Of a stretch of DNA of 59,680 bases, positions 1-8,076 are shown one piece after another. Source of the stretch: a virus. Lineage: Duplodnaviria > Caudoviricetes. A model generated the notes under the pieces. It searched no databases, was not told where the DNA came from, and saw only the letters and a list, made by a program, of their open reading frames with translations. A program made the position numbers and the translations under genes. Each line of letters opens with the position of its first letter. Position 1 is the first letter of the stretch. Location: positions 1-59,680 of IMG/VR virus record IMGVR_UViG_3300032011_000009. One strand, written 5' to 3'.

Positions 1-1919
1 TGCCCCCAATCATCATCATTAACATGTGCGCCGAAGGATGTGTGTATTAACTCGTTGTTGGCTTGGTCGTTCAGATCGTCAATGGCGCTGTTATATTCAT
101 CTGCCATTTGTTCATACTGATCTTCTTCCTCGCCCTCAGAATCGTGGTGTACGCTAGCGCCGAAAGGGAACGGGTCATCCAAGCCCTCGGCTCTGCCCGG
201 TCTAAAGAACATGCTAAGGATCTCGCCATCACGGGTGTCGCCGTAGCTACCACCGTAGCGTGTAAGGTAGTCTAACTGCGGTATGAAATACGTGGTTGCC
301 TCGCCCTTGCCAGTCTCGGCGTCAATGTCTCCCAACTCTTGAGCGAATATGTCCTTCTGCTTCTCCCATACAAACTCTCTGACTGCGCCGACAAAACCGG
401 GTGTGCCTCTGCCGTACGTCCTGCTCTCGGGAGCAGCAAAGGTTAGTTCGTTTGGATCATCAACGTACTTTCTAAGTCTAACGCGAGAGTTTACGCCGAT
501 ACCACTAATGTCACGGTCACGGTCAGCAAAGATCTCCTCGTCATCAAAGTCACCAATGTCTTTCGGGTCTGGCGCTCGGGTAGCTTCTTCACTGTGTTTC
601 TCTAATGCGGCTTTATATTCTTCTTCTGATGTGATCTCTTTCCATGGCTCGAAATCTCCCGCGCCGGGGCGTCTGCTCTCCCAATCTTCATAGTTCTTAA
701 CGTACTGTTTGAACAACAGAGGGTTGATGTTGAGAGCCTTGGCTTGAGCGATGATCATGACTTCCTTAAACTTCTCAGGCTTCGCTGCCATCTCAACCTT
801 CTTCTCCATTCCGTTCCACCACTTTGTGCCGGCGTTGGTCCTAGCCCACACCCACAACAACATCAACGCACCCTCGGGTGTCTCGGTGTCGTAGTCCTGA
901 CGGATAGCTGTGATTCTCTCGGCTTGTCCTAACTCCTGATACATCCTGTCGAGTTTCGCAATCGGTCTTTCTCTTTCCTCCGAAGGTGTCAGAAGTTTAT
1001 TAAGTTCTGCCTCTGTGACTGCGTACGCGATAGGTCCGTGACCCTTCGCCTCTTGGATGGCGCAATGAAAATACTCACTGCCCTCGCTGTGGCATGAGTG
1101 AATGTTACTAATGTCGCTCATGCGTAGTACGTCGATGGGGTGACGTGACAGGATGACGTGCATGTTCTCTGCTTTGTCTTCGCTGGTCAACCCTTGCTGG
1201 AGTTTCTTGTGGTTGTTGTCTTTCGTGTAGTGTGTCTGATTCTTAGCCCACCACTGCGCTGCACCTTCGGGAAGCTTGCCCTTGTTCTCAAGACCGCCAA
1301 TGACTTTATTGATTCCCTGCTTCTGAACCTTAGTAATCTTCTCGCCTGCTCTCGGTCCTTTCGGGATCACTTGCTCGACTCGGCGCTCTAGCCCAAGGTC
1401 GGCTACGTCAATCTCTACTTCGTACTCGCCGCCGCCGTCAGCAGCAAGGCGCTGTCGCTTCTGCTTTACCTTCTTTGTGGGGAACCCCCGCTCGGGTGCA
1501 TCTGAGGCTTCCCATTCTTTCCACTCTTCTTTGGTTGGCTCCCACTCGCCGCCATCGGGGTTGTGGGTGCTCCCGGTTTCTTGGCTCTTTTCGTAGCTGT
1601 AAATGCTCCGCTGGCGTTCGCGGGCGCTGTCAGAGATCGGAGGCAACCAGCCATCTTGTTTGACTGCTCGCAGGATTGCTTTGAGCATGCGAGTGTCGTG
1701 ACTGTCCATAGGGAAAGTGACGCGCATGTTCTCGCCAAAGATTTCATTGAAATCATACTCGAAATCACCATGCGGGTCCATGTCCCGCATCCAAGCATAG
1801 ATCTTGTCAGCGGTATTCTTCGAGACTTCATTCATAATGTCTCGGCGCTCGGTGAGAGTCAGGGGCTTTGTGCTTTGTGCGAACTTCTGCCAGTTCTCTA
1901 GAATAGTTTTATAATCCAT
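1..1919 (-). CDS. Large hypothetical protein (partial, runs off the left edge); paralogue of 33991..36366; candidate internal virion protein
   Basis: Not in the ORF track because it has no stop in the window. ATG at 1919 reads MDYKTILENWQKFAQS... and the frame reads open to the window edge in every stretch translated (...NDDDWG). Contains SRHPIDVLRMSD..SCHS..EAKGHG.IAY, EIFAD..SRVRLR..PESR.YG..PGF and YGGSY, all shared with the 791-aa ORF. ACTAATTA lies upstream. Confidence 0.85.
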   Translation of the reverse strand, partial: MDYKTILENWQKFAQSTKPLTLTERRDIMNEVSKNTADKIYAWMRDMDPHGDFEYDFNEIFGENMRVTFPMDSHDTRMLKAILRAVKQDGWLPPISDSARERQRSIYSYEKSQETGSTHNPDGGEWEPTKEEWKEWEASDAPERGFPTKKVKQKRQRLAADGGGEYEVEIDVADLGLERRVEQVIPKGPRAGEKITKVQKQGINKVIGGLENKGKLPEGAAQWWAKNQTHYTKDNNHKKLQQGLTSEDKAENMHVILSRHPIDVLRMSDISNIHSCHSEGSEYFHCAIQEAKGHGPIAYAVTEAELNKLLTPSEERERPIAKLDRMYQELGQAERITAIRQDYDTETPEGALMLLWVWARTNAGTKWWNGMEKKVEMAAKPEKFKEVMIIAQAKALNINPLLFKQYVKNYEDWESRRPGAGDFEPWKEITSEEEYKAALEKHSEEATRAPDPKDIGDFDDEEIFADRDRDISGIGVNSRVRLRKYVDDPNELTFAAPESRTYGRGTPGFVGAVREFVWEKQKDIFAQELGDIDAETGKGEATTYFIPQLDYLTRYGGSYGDTRDGEILSMFFRPGRAEGLDDPFPFGASVHHDSEGEEEDQYEQMADEYNSAIDDLNDQANNELIHTSFGAHVNDDDWG

Positions 1920-1933
1920 GTGCCTACCTGCAG

Positions 1934-1941
1934 TAATTAGT
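1934..1941 (-). promoter_or_regulatory. Putative phage late-promoter motif ACTAATTA
   Basis: One of 13 exact ACTANTTA copies found upstream of start codons; 14 nt before the ATG at 1919. Confidence 0.65.
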
Positions 1942-2293
1942 ATGTATTCTGTTCTCCATCCTCAAACGTAATGATTGTTTTGTTTGCAGGATGGGGTTCA
2001 ACATGGACCTTTAAGAAGTCGCCCAAGCTATCGAAAATAGCGATACCGCCTCTGGGTGGTGGGTACAGCCAGTGGATAATGCAGTGTCCAGATGCCAACT
2101 CCACACCTTCGATGACTACGCCTTCGCCAGACACACCGGTTTCGTCGTTCTGCCGGCAGACCGTAAATGTCCTGATCCCTCTCGGGGCTAGCTTTGGTGG
2201 CGGCTTGGGCTTTAGACTCTCATCTATGTCTGCCAGATCATCAACACTAACCATCGCAATAGTATCGTCTGTAACTTCACTCACTCTATGCAT
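1937..2293 (-). CDS. Conserved-looking phage hypothetical protein
   Basis: 118 aa; start overlaps the upstream gene end; R..DETGVSG.GVV.EGV...G...HW motif looks like a conserved phage family. Confidence 0.7.
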   Translation of the reverse strand: MHRVSEVTDDTIAMVSVDDLADIDESLKPKPPPKLAPRGIRTFTVCRQNDETGVSGEGVVIEGVELASGHCIIHWLYPPPRGGIAIFDSLGDFLKVHVEPHPANKTIITFEDGEQNTY

Positions 2294-2633
2294 CCCCCAC
2301 GGGTCTTAAGCCCCTTAATAGCTGCGCTTCATATTCATCGGTAATAGATTTCATGATTGCTTTTTCTGCCTCTTTCATTTCTTCCATGTGCTGCCACAGT
2401 AAGATATTTTCATCTTTTACCGCCTCAAGCTGTTCAACTAGCTTTTTGTTGTTTACCTTAAGTAGTTCAACGGTGTACCTTAATTCGTGATTCGTCCGAC
2501 GTAGAGAGGATCTTGATGTTCCCCCTCTCAAGGCTTTCCGTAAAATCGCGGACATTGATCGAGTGACGTTTTTTGCCATTTCTGTTCCCCATTGAAAAAA
2601 TCTCATAATAGTATTCCCTTTGCATGTCGTCAT
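2286..2633 (-). CDS. Hypothetical coiled-coil protein (start uncertain)
   Basis: C-terminal half is heptad-like (LVEQLEAVKDENILLWQHMEEMKEAEK). The 5' part overlaps 2467..2715, so the true start is probably further downstream. Confidence 0.5.
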   Translation of the reverse strand: MTTCKGNTIMRFFQWGTEMAKNVTRSMSAILRKALRGGTSRSSLRRTNHELRYTVELLKVNNKKLVEQLEAVKDENILLWQHMEEMKEAEKAIMKSITDEYEAQLLRGLRPVGDA

Positions 2634-2715
2634 GCTTATGTTCTGTAAAACCTACCCAGAATTTATCCACCACGACATGCATGCTTCTGTTTATTTGTAT
2701 CAGCGAGCCAATCAC
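2467..2715 (-). CDS. Hypothetical protein
   Basis: 82 aa; its GTG start overlaps the TGA stop of 2712..3098 (GTGA coupling). Confidence 0.45.
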   Translation of the reverse strand: MIGSLIQINRSMHVVVDKFWVGFTEHKHDDMQREYYYEIFSMGNRNGKKRHSINVRDFTESLERGNIKILSTSDESRIKVHR

Positions 2716-3098
2716 CCCGTCACCTCAGTTGGGAGTCCCCAACGAACAATATTCAGTCCTTTGATTTTCGCCATATCTTTTACCAAGTATCTTTTAACCC
2801 AGTATGCCGGACGTAGATCGGTGTTAAGCTCAAACTTAATAATATACCGGTTGAACCAGTACTGGTCGGTTGCTCGGGCGCGACTCTGTGCTCCTGCTCG
2901 GGCAGGGTCTGTAACGGTCGTAACACGCTCAATGGCTCGCATGTCATCGATTGTCTGATCTTTATTGCCGCCCTTCTCTTTACTGATACGGACATCCACC
3001 TCTACCTCGTATGTACGTTGGATGTAGGTTGGATCTTTAGTGGTCGCCTCCTTGAGAGTGTCGAACCACTTGTCTATTGCTTTTTGTGTACTCATCAT
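2712..3098 (-). CDS. Hypothetical protein, late-motif-associated
   Basis: 128 aa; ACTATTTA 2 nt before the ATG; N-terminus KAIDKWFDTLKE fits the W-x-x-x-L-x-E motif. Confidence 0.75.
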   Translation of the reverse strand: MMSTQKAIDKWFDTLKEATTKDPTYIQRTYEVEVDVRISKEKGGNKDQTIDDMRAIERVTTVTDPARAGAQSRARATDQYWFNRYIIKFELNTDLRPAYWVKRYLVKDMAKIKGLNIVRWGLPTEVTG

Positions 3099-3100
3099 TA

Positions 3101-3108
3101 TAAATAGT
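3101..3108 (-). promoter_or_regulatory. Putative late-promoter motif ACTATTTA
   Basis: Intergenic, 2 nt upstream of the ATG at 3098; no room for a Shine-Dalgarno after the motif. Confidence 0.65.
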
Positions 3109-3119
3109 TTGTTAAAGGG

Positions 3120-3857
3120 TTAAAGGCTGTTTAGCAGCAAAGCAGTGTCTTTCCAAGAAGCGACACTGTGAACATGCCCATTTGGGCGCTGACCTATCAA
3201 TTCAGCGATTGCATAATCATTGCCGGGAAATTCAATTCTGTCTCCTACAAAATGTATTGTAACATCTTTCGGCAAATCTTTAAAATGTTCCCGAATCACC
3301 TGTGACTTGTCACGCCCTTTGTTAAAAATGTCTATGCTGACAGCGCCACCGATGACAAAATCGCATTTAGGGTGCTTTTTCCGCAGCTTCTTGACGATAT
3401 GTTCTCTTTCGTGCTGCTCCGCATCATATGCAGTGTACTCATCCCTCTGTTCCTGTGTGGCATCTCTGCCGACAATCGAAAAGTTGACCATGCCGGTCCT
3501 ACTCTCATGGTGCCTGCCTGTCTTTGTTGGATACTCAGATTCGGCAACCGCCAAATCTAGGTCCGATAGAAGCTTTTTGGATGGCTCAAATTTGTGCTCA
3601 TATTCATGAAACCATGCCCGCTCCTCGTCCTTCTTTCTCCTGTAATATACGTTGCCCATACACGCAAACACGCCCTCGATACGGTCCATGACCTCGGGAC
3701 TCAGTTGCTCAGCCAGACGCACAAAGCTGCCGCCCGACACAAGATAGACCTCCCTACCCTCCAACCATTCAAAAAATTGGCGGCGAAAAATTTGCACAGC
3801 CTTCTGTTTCGGGGGCGTTAAAGTTCCATCAACATCAAACAAGTATATTGTTCTCAT
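3120..3857 (-). CDS. HAD-IIB phosphomannomutase (eukaryotic-type PMM family)
   Basis: FDVDGTLTPP (HAD motif I), RTGMVNFSIVGR, GGAVSIDIF and GDRIEFPGNDY match PMM-family motifs. Confidence 0.85.
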   Translation of the reverse strand: MRTIYLFDVDGTLTPPKQKAVQIFRRQFFEWLEGREVYLVSGGSFVRLAEQLSPEVMDRIEGVFACMGNVYYRRKKDEERAWFHEYEHKFEPSKKLLSDLDLAVAESEYPTKTGRHHESRTGMVNFSIVGRDATQEQRDEYTAYDAEQHEREHIVKKLRKKHPKCDFVIGGAVSIDIFNKGRDKSQVIREHFKDLPKDVTIHFVGDRIEFPGNDYAIAELIGQRPNGHVHSVASWKDTALLLNSL

Positions 3858-4207
3858 CTGTTGTAGTCATCGTGCAAGCGCACCACATCATCAATCTCCG
3901 GGGTACTAACCTCCAACAGTTCCACATCGCCCTTGTTCGCGCAATATCGATGGATTAAGCCGGGAGTAATGCGTTGGCTTTCACCCTCTCGGAGAAGCTG
4001 GGTGATCCCTTCCAGTTCGCCATGGTGTTCGTAATGAGGACCAAGTTCCAGCAGGAGCGTACCCTTCATCACATAAATCGTCTCATCTTTCTGCTCATGA
4101 TATTGTCTAGACAGGCGGTGCCCGTCGTCAATATGCAAAATCTTGCCCAGATATTTGTCGTTGACTGCCCAACGAATCTCATAGCCCCAAGGCTTATCTA
4201 CTCTCAT
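3854..4207 (-). CDS. Cupin, mannose-6-phosphate isomerase (type II C-terminal-like)
   Basis: KPWGYE, LSRQYHEQKDET, IHR and EVSTPEIDDVVRLHDDYNR; ATGA-coupled to the PMM gene. Confidence 0.8.
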   Translation of the reverse strand: MRVDKPWGYEIRWAVNDKYLGKILHIDDGHRLSRQYHEQKDETIYVMKGTLLLELGPHYEHHGELEGITQLLREGESQRITPGLIHRYCANKGDVELLEVSTPEIDDVVRLHDDYNR

Positions 4208-4208
4208 A

Positions 4209-4559
4209 CTATCTCCAAAATAACTGCACGCCCATGATGCAGCATGACAAGGCGATGCAAATCATCGTCTTTGTTGTAAACATACTCTCGCCCAAAAGCA
4301 GGTAGGTTAATATCGGAAACACGAAATACGATGCCGCGAAACCCATAAACCTTCCTGACCATGCCTCTCCAGTTTCTTCAAAGATGTAGCGCGTAGCCAT
4401 CCAGAAACTAAGCCCGACAGGAATAGAGTAGATACCAACAGCTAGCAAAGGCTTGTCCTTCCACCATTCCCATGCGAACTGAGAATTCAACTGAAACCAT
4501 GCACAGATATGCCCCAGAATAAAGAAGCCAATGCCGTAAAGAAAGTTAATGTTAGGCAT
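4209..4559 (-). CDS. Small four-helix membrane protein (SMR/DMT-like topology)
   Basis: 116 aa with about 4 hydrophobic segments and an LLGE...K motif near the C-terminus. Confidence 0.6.
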   Translation of the reverse strand: MPNINFLYGIGFFILGHICAWFQLNSQFAWEWWKDKPLLAVGIYSIPVGLSFWMATRYIFEETGEAWSGRFMGFAASYFVFPILTYLLLGESMFTTKTMICIALSCCIMGVQLFWR

Positions 4560-5019
4560 TTCTGCTCCATTTTAGGTACTTGTGTAATGCGCTCGTAACC
4601 ATCGAGTGCCACAGTTTATCGTTGATTGGGATCTGAAAGTCTGATGCTATCTCCAGTCCTTTCTCCCATGCCATCACCTCTTCTCGGAGGATGTCAATCT
4701 TGTGAGCACGGGTCGCCCTCTTGTTATTCAGCACTGCAGCCGGGTAACGGCGGGCGTGTTCTACCTCACACTCGCGCAAAAGCACATGCCCTGTCTCATG
4801 CAACAGCATATAAAGCTGCCTTTCGAGAGTTGCACGGTTGTCAACTACAATAAAGTCACCGGGAACGATGGCACGTTTGCTGTGAAACAATGCAGTCTCG
4901 CCGTCTTGCTCAAAGACAACCGGTAATCCGTATTCAACATCTAGAAAGACTATAACCCTATCAATATATTCTTTGACATCACTTCTTTCTTGTTTTGCTG
5001 CATTCGCGACAGTCTTCAT
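4552..5019 (-). CDS. HExxH zincin metallopeptidase (ImmA/IrrE-like)
   Basis: LLHETGH followed by a downstream EEVMAW third-ligand helix. Confidence 0.7.
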   Translation of the reverse strand: MKTVANAAKQERSDVKEYIDRVIVFLDVEYGLPVVFEQDGETALFHSKRAIVPGDFIVVDNRATLERQLYMLLHETGHVLLRECEVEHARRYPAAVLNNKRATRAHKIDILREEVMAWEKGLEIASDFQIPINDKLWHSMVTSALHKYLKWSRNA

Positions 5020-5269
5020 CTTCCAATCCTAGGTGATCTTTCAAATCGTTGAAGCCGCCAATGACTTCTTCATCCCCGTTTATATCGCATTTTACAACCA
5101 GCGGCAAAGTTGGCCAACGATACTTCTTGCCAACAAAAACCTGCATCTCTGGGCTTTTATCCAGAAAGGTTAATGCATACTCATAGCCAGAACGGTCTAG
5201 CTGCTTTACTGCTTCGATGGCATAGGGATCGTGACCTGTGCCATACACATGATAAAATAATATAGACAC
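4979..5269 (-). CDS. Glutaredoxin-like protein lacking CxxC
   Basis: YG...PYA, WPTLPLV and IGGFNDL follow the glutaredoxin pattern, but the active site reads DPYA instead of CPYC. Confidence 0.65.
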   Translation of the reverse strand: MSILFYHVYGTGHDPYAIEAVKQLDRSGYEYALTFLDKSPEMQVFVGKKYRWPTLPLVVKCDINGDEEVIGGFNDLKDHLGLEDEDCRECSKTRKK

Positions 5270-5271
5270 TA

Positions 5272-5565
5272 TTATCCCTTCAACAGAGCTTTGGTCTGAA
5301 TATTTAACTTGTTCTCGATCATGCCAATGCCGCCGACGACAACAATATCTAAGCCGCCGTGTCCACGATTCATCTGAATCTTGGTAAACTCTTGGCGGTC
5401 GTCTAAGCCATCAGGCAAAATGCCCTCTTTGAGCAAAGATGTTGCTCTATGGTCTGGTCTGAGACACACCACATAGTCTGGGTTGACAACCACTTCACGC
5501 AATGTCCATTTTCCGCTCTTCTGAGTGGGCTGCTCATACAACTCCACCAGTTTAATTCCGTTCAT
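5272..5565 (-). CDS. Hypothetical protein
   Basis: 97 aa; GGAGGAG RBS; ATGA coupling to the upstream gene. Confidence 0.75.
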   Translation of the reverse strand: MNGIKLVELYEQPTQKSGKWTLREVVVNPDYVVCLRPDHRATSLLKEGILPDGLDDRQEFTKIQMNRGHGGLDIVVVGGIGMIENKLNIQTKALLKG

Positions 5566-5801
5566 TTCTCCTCCGGTTCTCTATAGGGATAGACGTGGGC
5601 TTTCTTCACCAACATCCTGCGCCCTTTAATAAAAAGTTTAAGTCCCGCATCTGCTTCTTCCAAGAAGATTCCTGTTGTCGGTGCCTCAGTCACCAAGACA
5701 TTGCCAGATCCCCAGTGCCACAACTGGACATCTTGCGGAATATAGACCAGATCGCCATGAGCAAATTGTTCGCTAGCCTGTTTCTGGTGTTTCGTCTTCA
5801 T
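5562..5801 (-). CDS. Hypothetical protein (start revised to ATG 5801)
   Basis: The ORF-track 5' extension overlaps 5773..6069; the MKTKHQKQ start gives only a short overlap. Confidence 0.6.
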   Translation of the reverse strand: MKTKHQKQASEQFAHGDLVYIPQDVQLWHWGSGNVLVTEAPTTGIFLEEADAGLKLFIKGRRMLVKKAHVYPYREPEEK

Positions 5802-6069
5802 ACGTTTTTCCCTGAATGGCATTGTTGTAGCCTGATAGCAGCGAAGCTGCATCCTCAAGCCTCTGATCGATACGCGCAAGACCTTGACGAGTTTTATCAA
5901 TAAGTTCTAGAATCTCGTCGCCCTTCAACTGGTCCTTTACTGCAACGTCATCAATTCTGCTGACATGATTAGACAGAAACAGCAAGGACTTGCCGCTTTC
6001 TCTCATAAATTCAGTAATCAAGTCGGGAATGTTCTCCAACTCTTCTGAATAAGTAATGTTAACTCTCAT
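5773..6069 (-). CDS. Hypothetical helical protein
   Basis: 98 aa with a GGAG RBS upstream. Confidence 0.7.
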   Translation of the reverse strand: MRVNITYSEELENIPDLITEFMRESGKSLLFLSNHVSRIDDVAVKDQLKGDEILELIDKTRQGLARIDQRLEDAASLLSGYNNAIQGKTYEDETPETG

Positions 6070-6089
6070 CTATACTCCAATAGATACTG

Positions 6090-6416
6090 TTATGGGGAAG
6101 TGATCATTCCCCAGATGCTGTTCATAACTAGTGCAATGGTCAAACTTACGATTGACCAGATCACCTTAGTGTTGCTCGCCTTCCACGACTCTAGCTGCTG
6201 GACCCGTGCTTCCAACTGGGCATGGCGGGCATATAAGCCCTGATCGGGGTTGTACATGGCTTCCTTGATCATGGAAATGTCATCAGCCGCTTCACTGATG
6301 TCGGTCTTGATTCCATCGATGCCGCTACTAAGCAGATCGATCTTGGAACTCAAAGTCGCCATCGACTGATTCAGTTCAAGCATTGTGATCACATTTTCGG
6401 AAATATCTGGAGCCAT
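6090..6416 (-). CDS. Coiled-coil protein with C-terminal TM helix (holin/XhlA-like architecture)
   Basis: Heptad region followed by hydrophobic VIWSIVSLTIALVMNSIWGMI; ACTAATTA 7 nt upstream. Confidence 0.55.
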   Translation of the reverse strand: MAPDISENVITMLELNQSMATLSSKIDLLSSGIDGIKTDISEAADDISMIKEAMYNPDQGLYARHAQLEARVQQLESWKASNTKVIWSIVSLTIALVMNSIWGMITSP

Positions 6417-6423
6417 AGTACTT

Positions 6424-6431
6424 TAATTAGT
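6424..6431 (-). promoter_or_regulatory. Putative late-promoter motif ACTAATTA
   Basis: Overlaps the groEL stop; 7 nt before the ATG at 6416. Confidence 0.6.
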
Positions 6432-8016
6432 TCGATGTTTCGATTACCGCGTGACTCGTTGTAAATAAAGTGCCTGCCGCCGAAGCTGCATTCTGCAACG
6501 CACAACGGGTGACCTTCACAGGGTCAATCACGCCAGACTCTACCATTTTTGTCAACTTGCCAGCGTGAAAATCCCAGCCTTCTTCAAGCGAAGCGGCTTG
6601 GATCTTATCACAAATCAAGTCGGGGCTTTCCCCTGCGTTCACAGCCATCTGCCTAAGCGGAGCATGCACTGCCGCCTTTATAATCTCAATTCCGCAGCGC
6701 TGCTCTTCGTTGTCTGCATCGATCTTTAGCGCAGCCGCTGCACGAATGAGAGCCACGCCGCCGCCGGGAACGATACCCTCTTGCTGGGCAGACCTTACTG
6801 CTTCTAGAGCATCCTCAATCCGGTGTCGCTTCTCGGTCATCTCAATCTCAGTGGCAGCACCTACGCGAATCACGGCGACACCGCTTGCCAGTCTGGTAAT
6901 GCGCTCTTGCAACTTCTCGCACTCATGAATGGAGTCAGTCACTGATAGCTCTGCCTTAAGATTTTCAATCTGTTCTTCGATCTTGGTGTAGTCACCTTCA
7001 CCGCCAGCAACAGTAGTGCCAGCCTTAGTAATCTCGATAGTCTTACAAGAACCTAAGTGCTCCAAGGTTACCATTTCCGGAGACAAGCCCTTGGATATGG
7101 TAATAAAAGTTGCGCCCACGGATAGCGCCAAGTCTTGCATAATGTTTAGTCGATCCTCGCCATAGCGGGGAGCCTTAACTGCTGCAACCTTGATACCTGA
7201 GTTCATTTCCTGACGGCGGATGGCGTTCATAACCAGTGCAGCCAGTGCTTGACCCTCTACCTCATCTGCAACAACGATCAACGGACGACTGCTACGGTCA
7301 GCAATCTCAAGCACAGGCAACAACTCATCCACTCGCTCAATCTTGGCATCGGTTACCATGATAAGGGGATTTTCATATCGAACTTGTCTGCGGCGTGGGT
7401 CTGTGATGAAAGCTGTAGCCACATACCCAGAAGCAAATCGAAAACCCTCGATTAGATCTAGGCTAGTCTCTAGGCTTCGTGCTTCTTCAACAGTCACCGC
7501 CCCATCTTTGCCAACACTATCAACCGCAGTTGCCACCAGATCACCCAGCTTACGATCATTGTTCGCAGAAATAGTTGCGACATGAGCAATATCTTCCTTG
7601 CTCTTGATCGGCTGAGCCATGTCCTGAAGGTTAATAACTACTGCCTCTACTGCCTTGTCCATGCCGCGCTTCAACTCAATAGGCGACATGCCCGAAGCAA
7701 GGTACCGCTGAGATTGTTCTAGAATCTCTCGCGCAAGAACAGTTGCTGTCGTGGTTCCGTCACCTGCGATGGAGTTCGTCTGCGACGACGCCTGTTTAAT
7801 GATCTGTGCTCCAACATTCTCAAACGGATCGTCCAGTTCTACGTGTTTCGCTACAGTCACACCGTCCTTGGTGATGATGGGAGTTCCGCCGGCAGTTTGC
7901 AGGATTACGTTCCTGCCTCTCGGTCCCAAAGTTGCTGCTGTATAATCAGCCAGCAGGTTGACGCCATTCATAATCTTCTGGCTTAAGCCTGCACCATTGT
8001 TGTACTCTTTAGACAA
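6427..8016 (-). CDS. groEL: Chaperonin GroEL
   Basis: TLGPRGRNV, ITKDGVTVAK, AGDGTTTATVLA, GIVPGGG and IDPVKVTRCALQNAAS; TTG start with GAGGTG RBS. Confidence 0.97.
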   Translation of the reverse strand: MSKEYNNGAGLSQKIMNGVNLLADYTAATLGPRGRNVILQTAGGTPIITKDGVTVAKHVELDDPFENVGAQIIKQASSQTNSIAGDGTTTATVLAREILEQSQRYLASGMSPIELKRGMDKAVEAVVINLQDMAQPIKSKEDIAHVATISANNDRKLGDLVATAVDSVGKDGAVTVEEARSLETSLDLIEGFRFASGYVATAFITDPRRRQVRYENPLIMVTDAKIERVDELLPVLEIADRSSRPLIVVADEVEGQALAALVMNAIRRQEMNSGIKVAAVKAPRYGEDRLNIMQDLALSVGATFITISKGLSPEMVTLEHLGSCKTIEITKAGTTVAGGEGDYTKIEEQIENLKAELSVTDSIHECEKLQERITRLASGVAVIRVGAATEIEMTEKRHRIEDALEAVRSAQQEGIVPGGGVALIRAAAALKIDADNEEQRCGIEIIKAAVHAPLRQMAVNAGESPDLICDKIQAASLEEGWDFHAGKLTKMVESGVIDPVKVTRCALQNAASAAGTLFTTSHAVIETSN

Positions 8017-8041
8017 TATACACCTCTTATTTATATTCTAT

Positions 8042-8070
8042 ATTATAACCCAACTTAGCAGGGTTGTCAA
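8042..8070 (-). promoter_or_regulatory. Perfect sigma70 consensus promoter for groEL
   Basis: Minus strand reads TTGACA-ACCCTGCTAAGTTGGGT(17 nt)-TATAAT. Confidence 0.85.
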
Positions 8071-8076
8071 ATGTTA

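Noticed and set aside
1466-1831. 121-aa minus-strand ORF as a gene
   Set aside because: It is an alternative frame inside the long ORF that starts at 1919, which is supported by paralogy.
3099-3106. T4 late promoter TATAAATA on the plus strand (also near 36382)
   Set aside because: It points away from the genes; the consistent signal is the opposite-strand ACTANTTA, whose central base varies.
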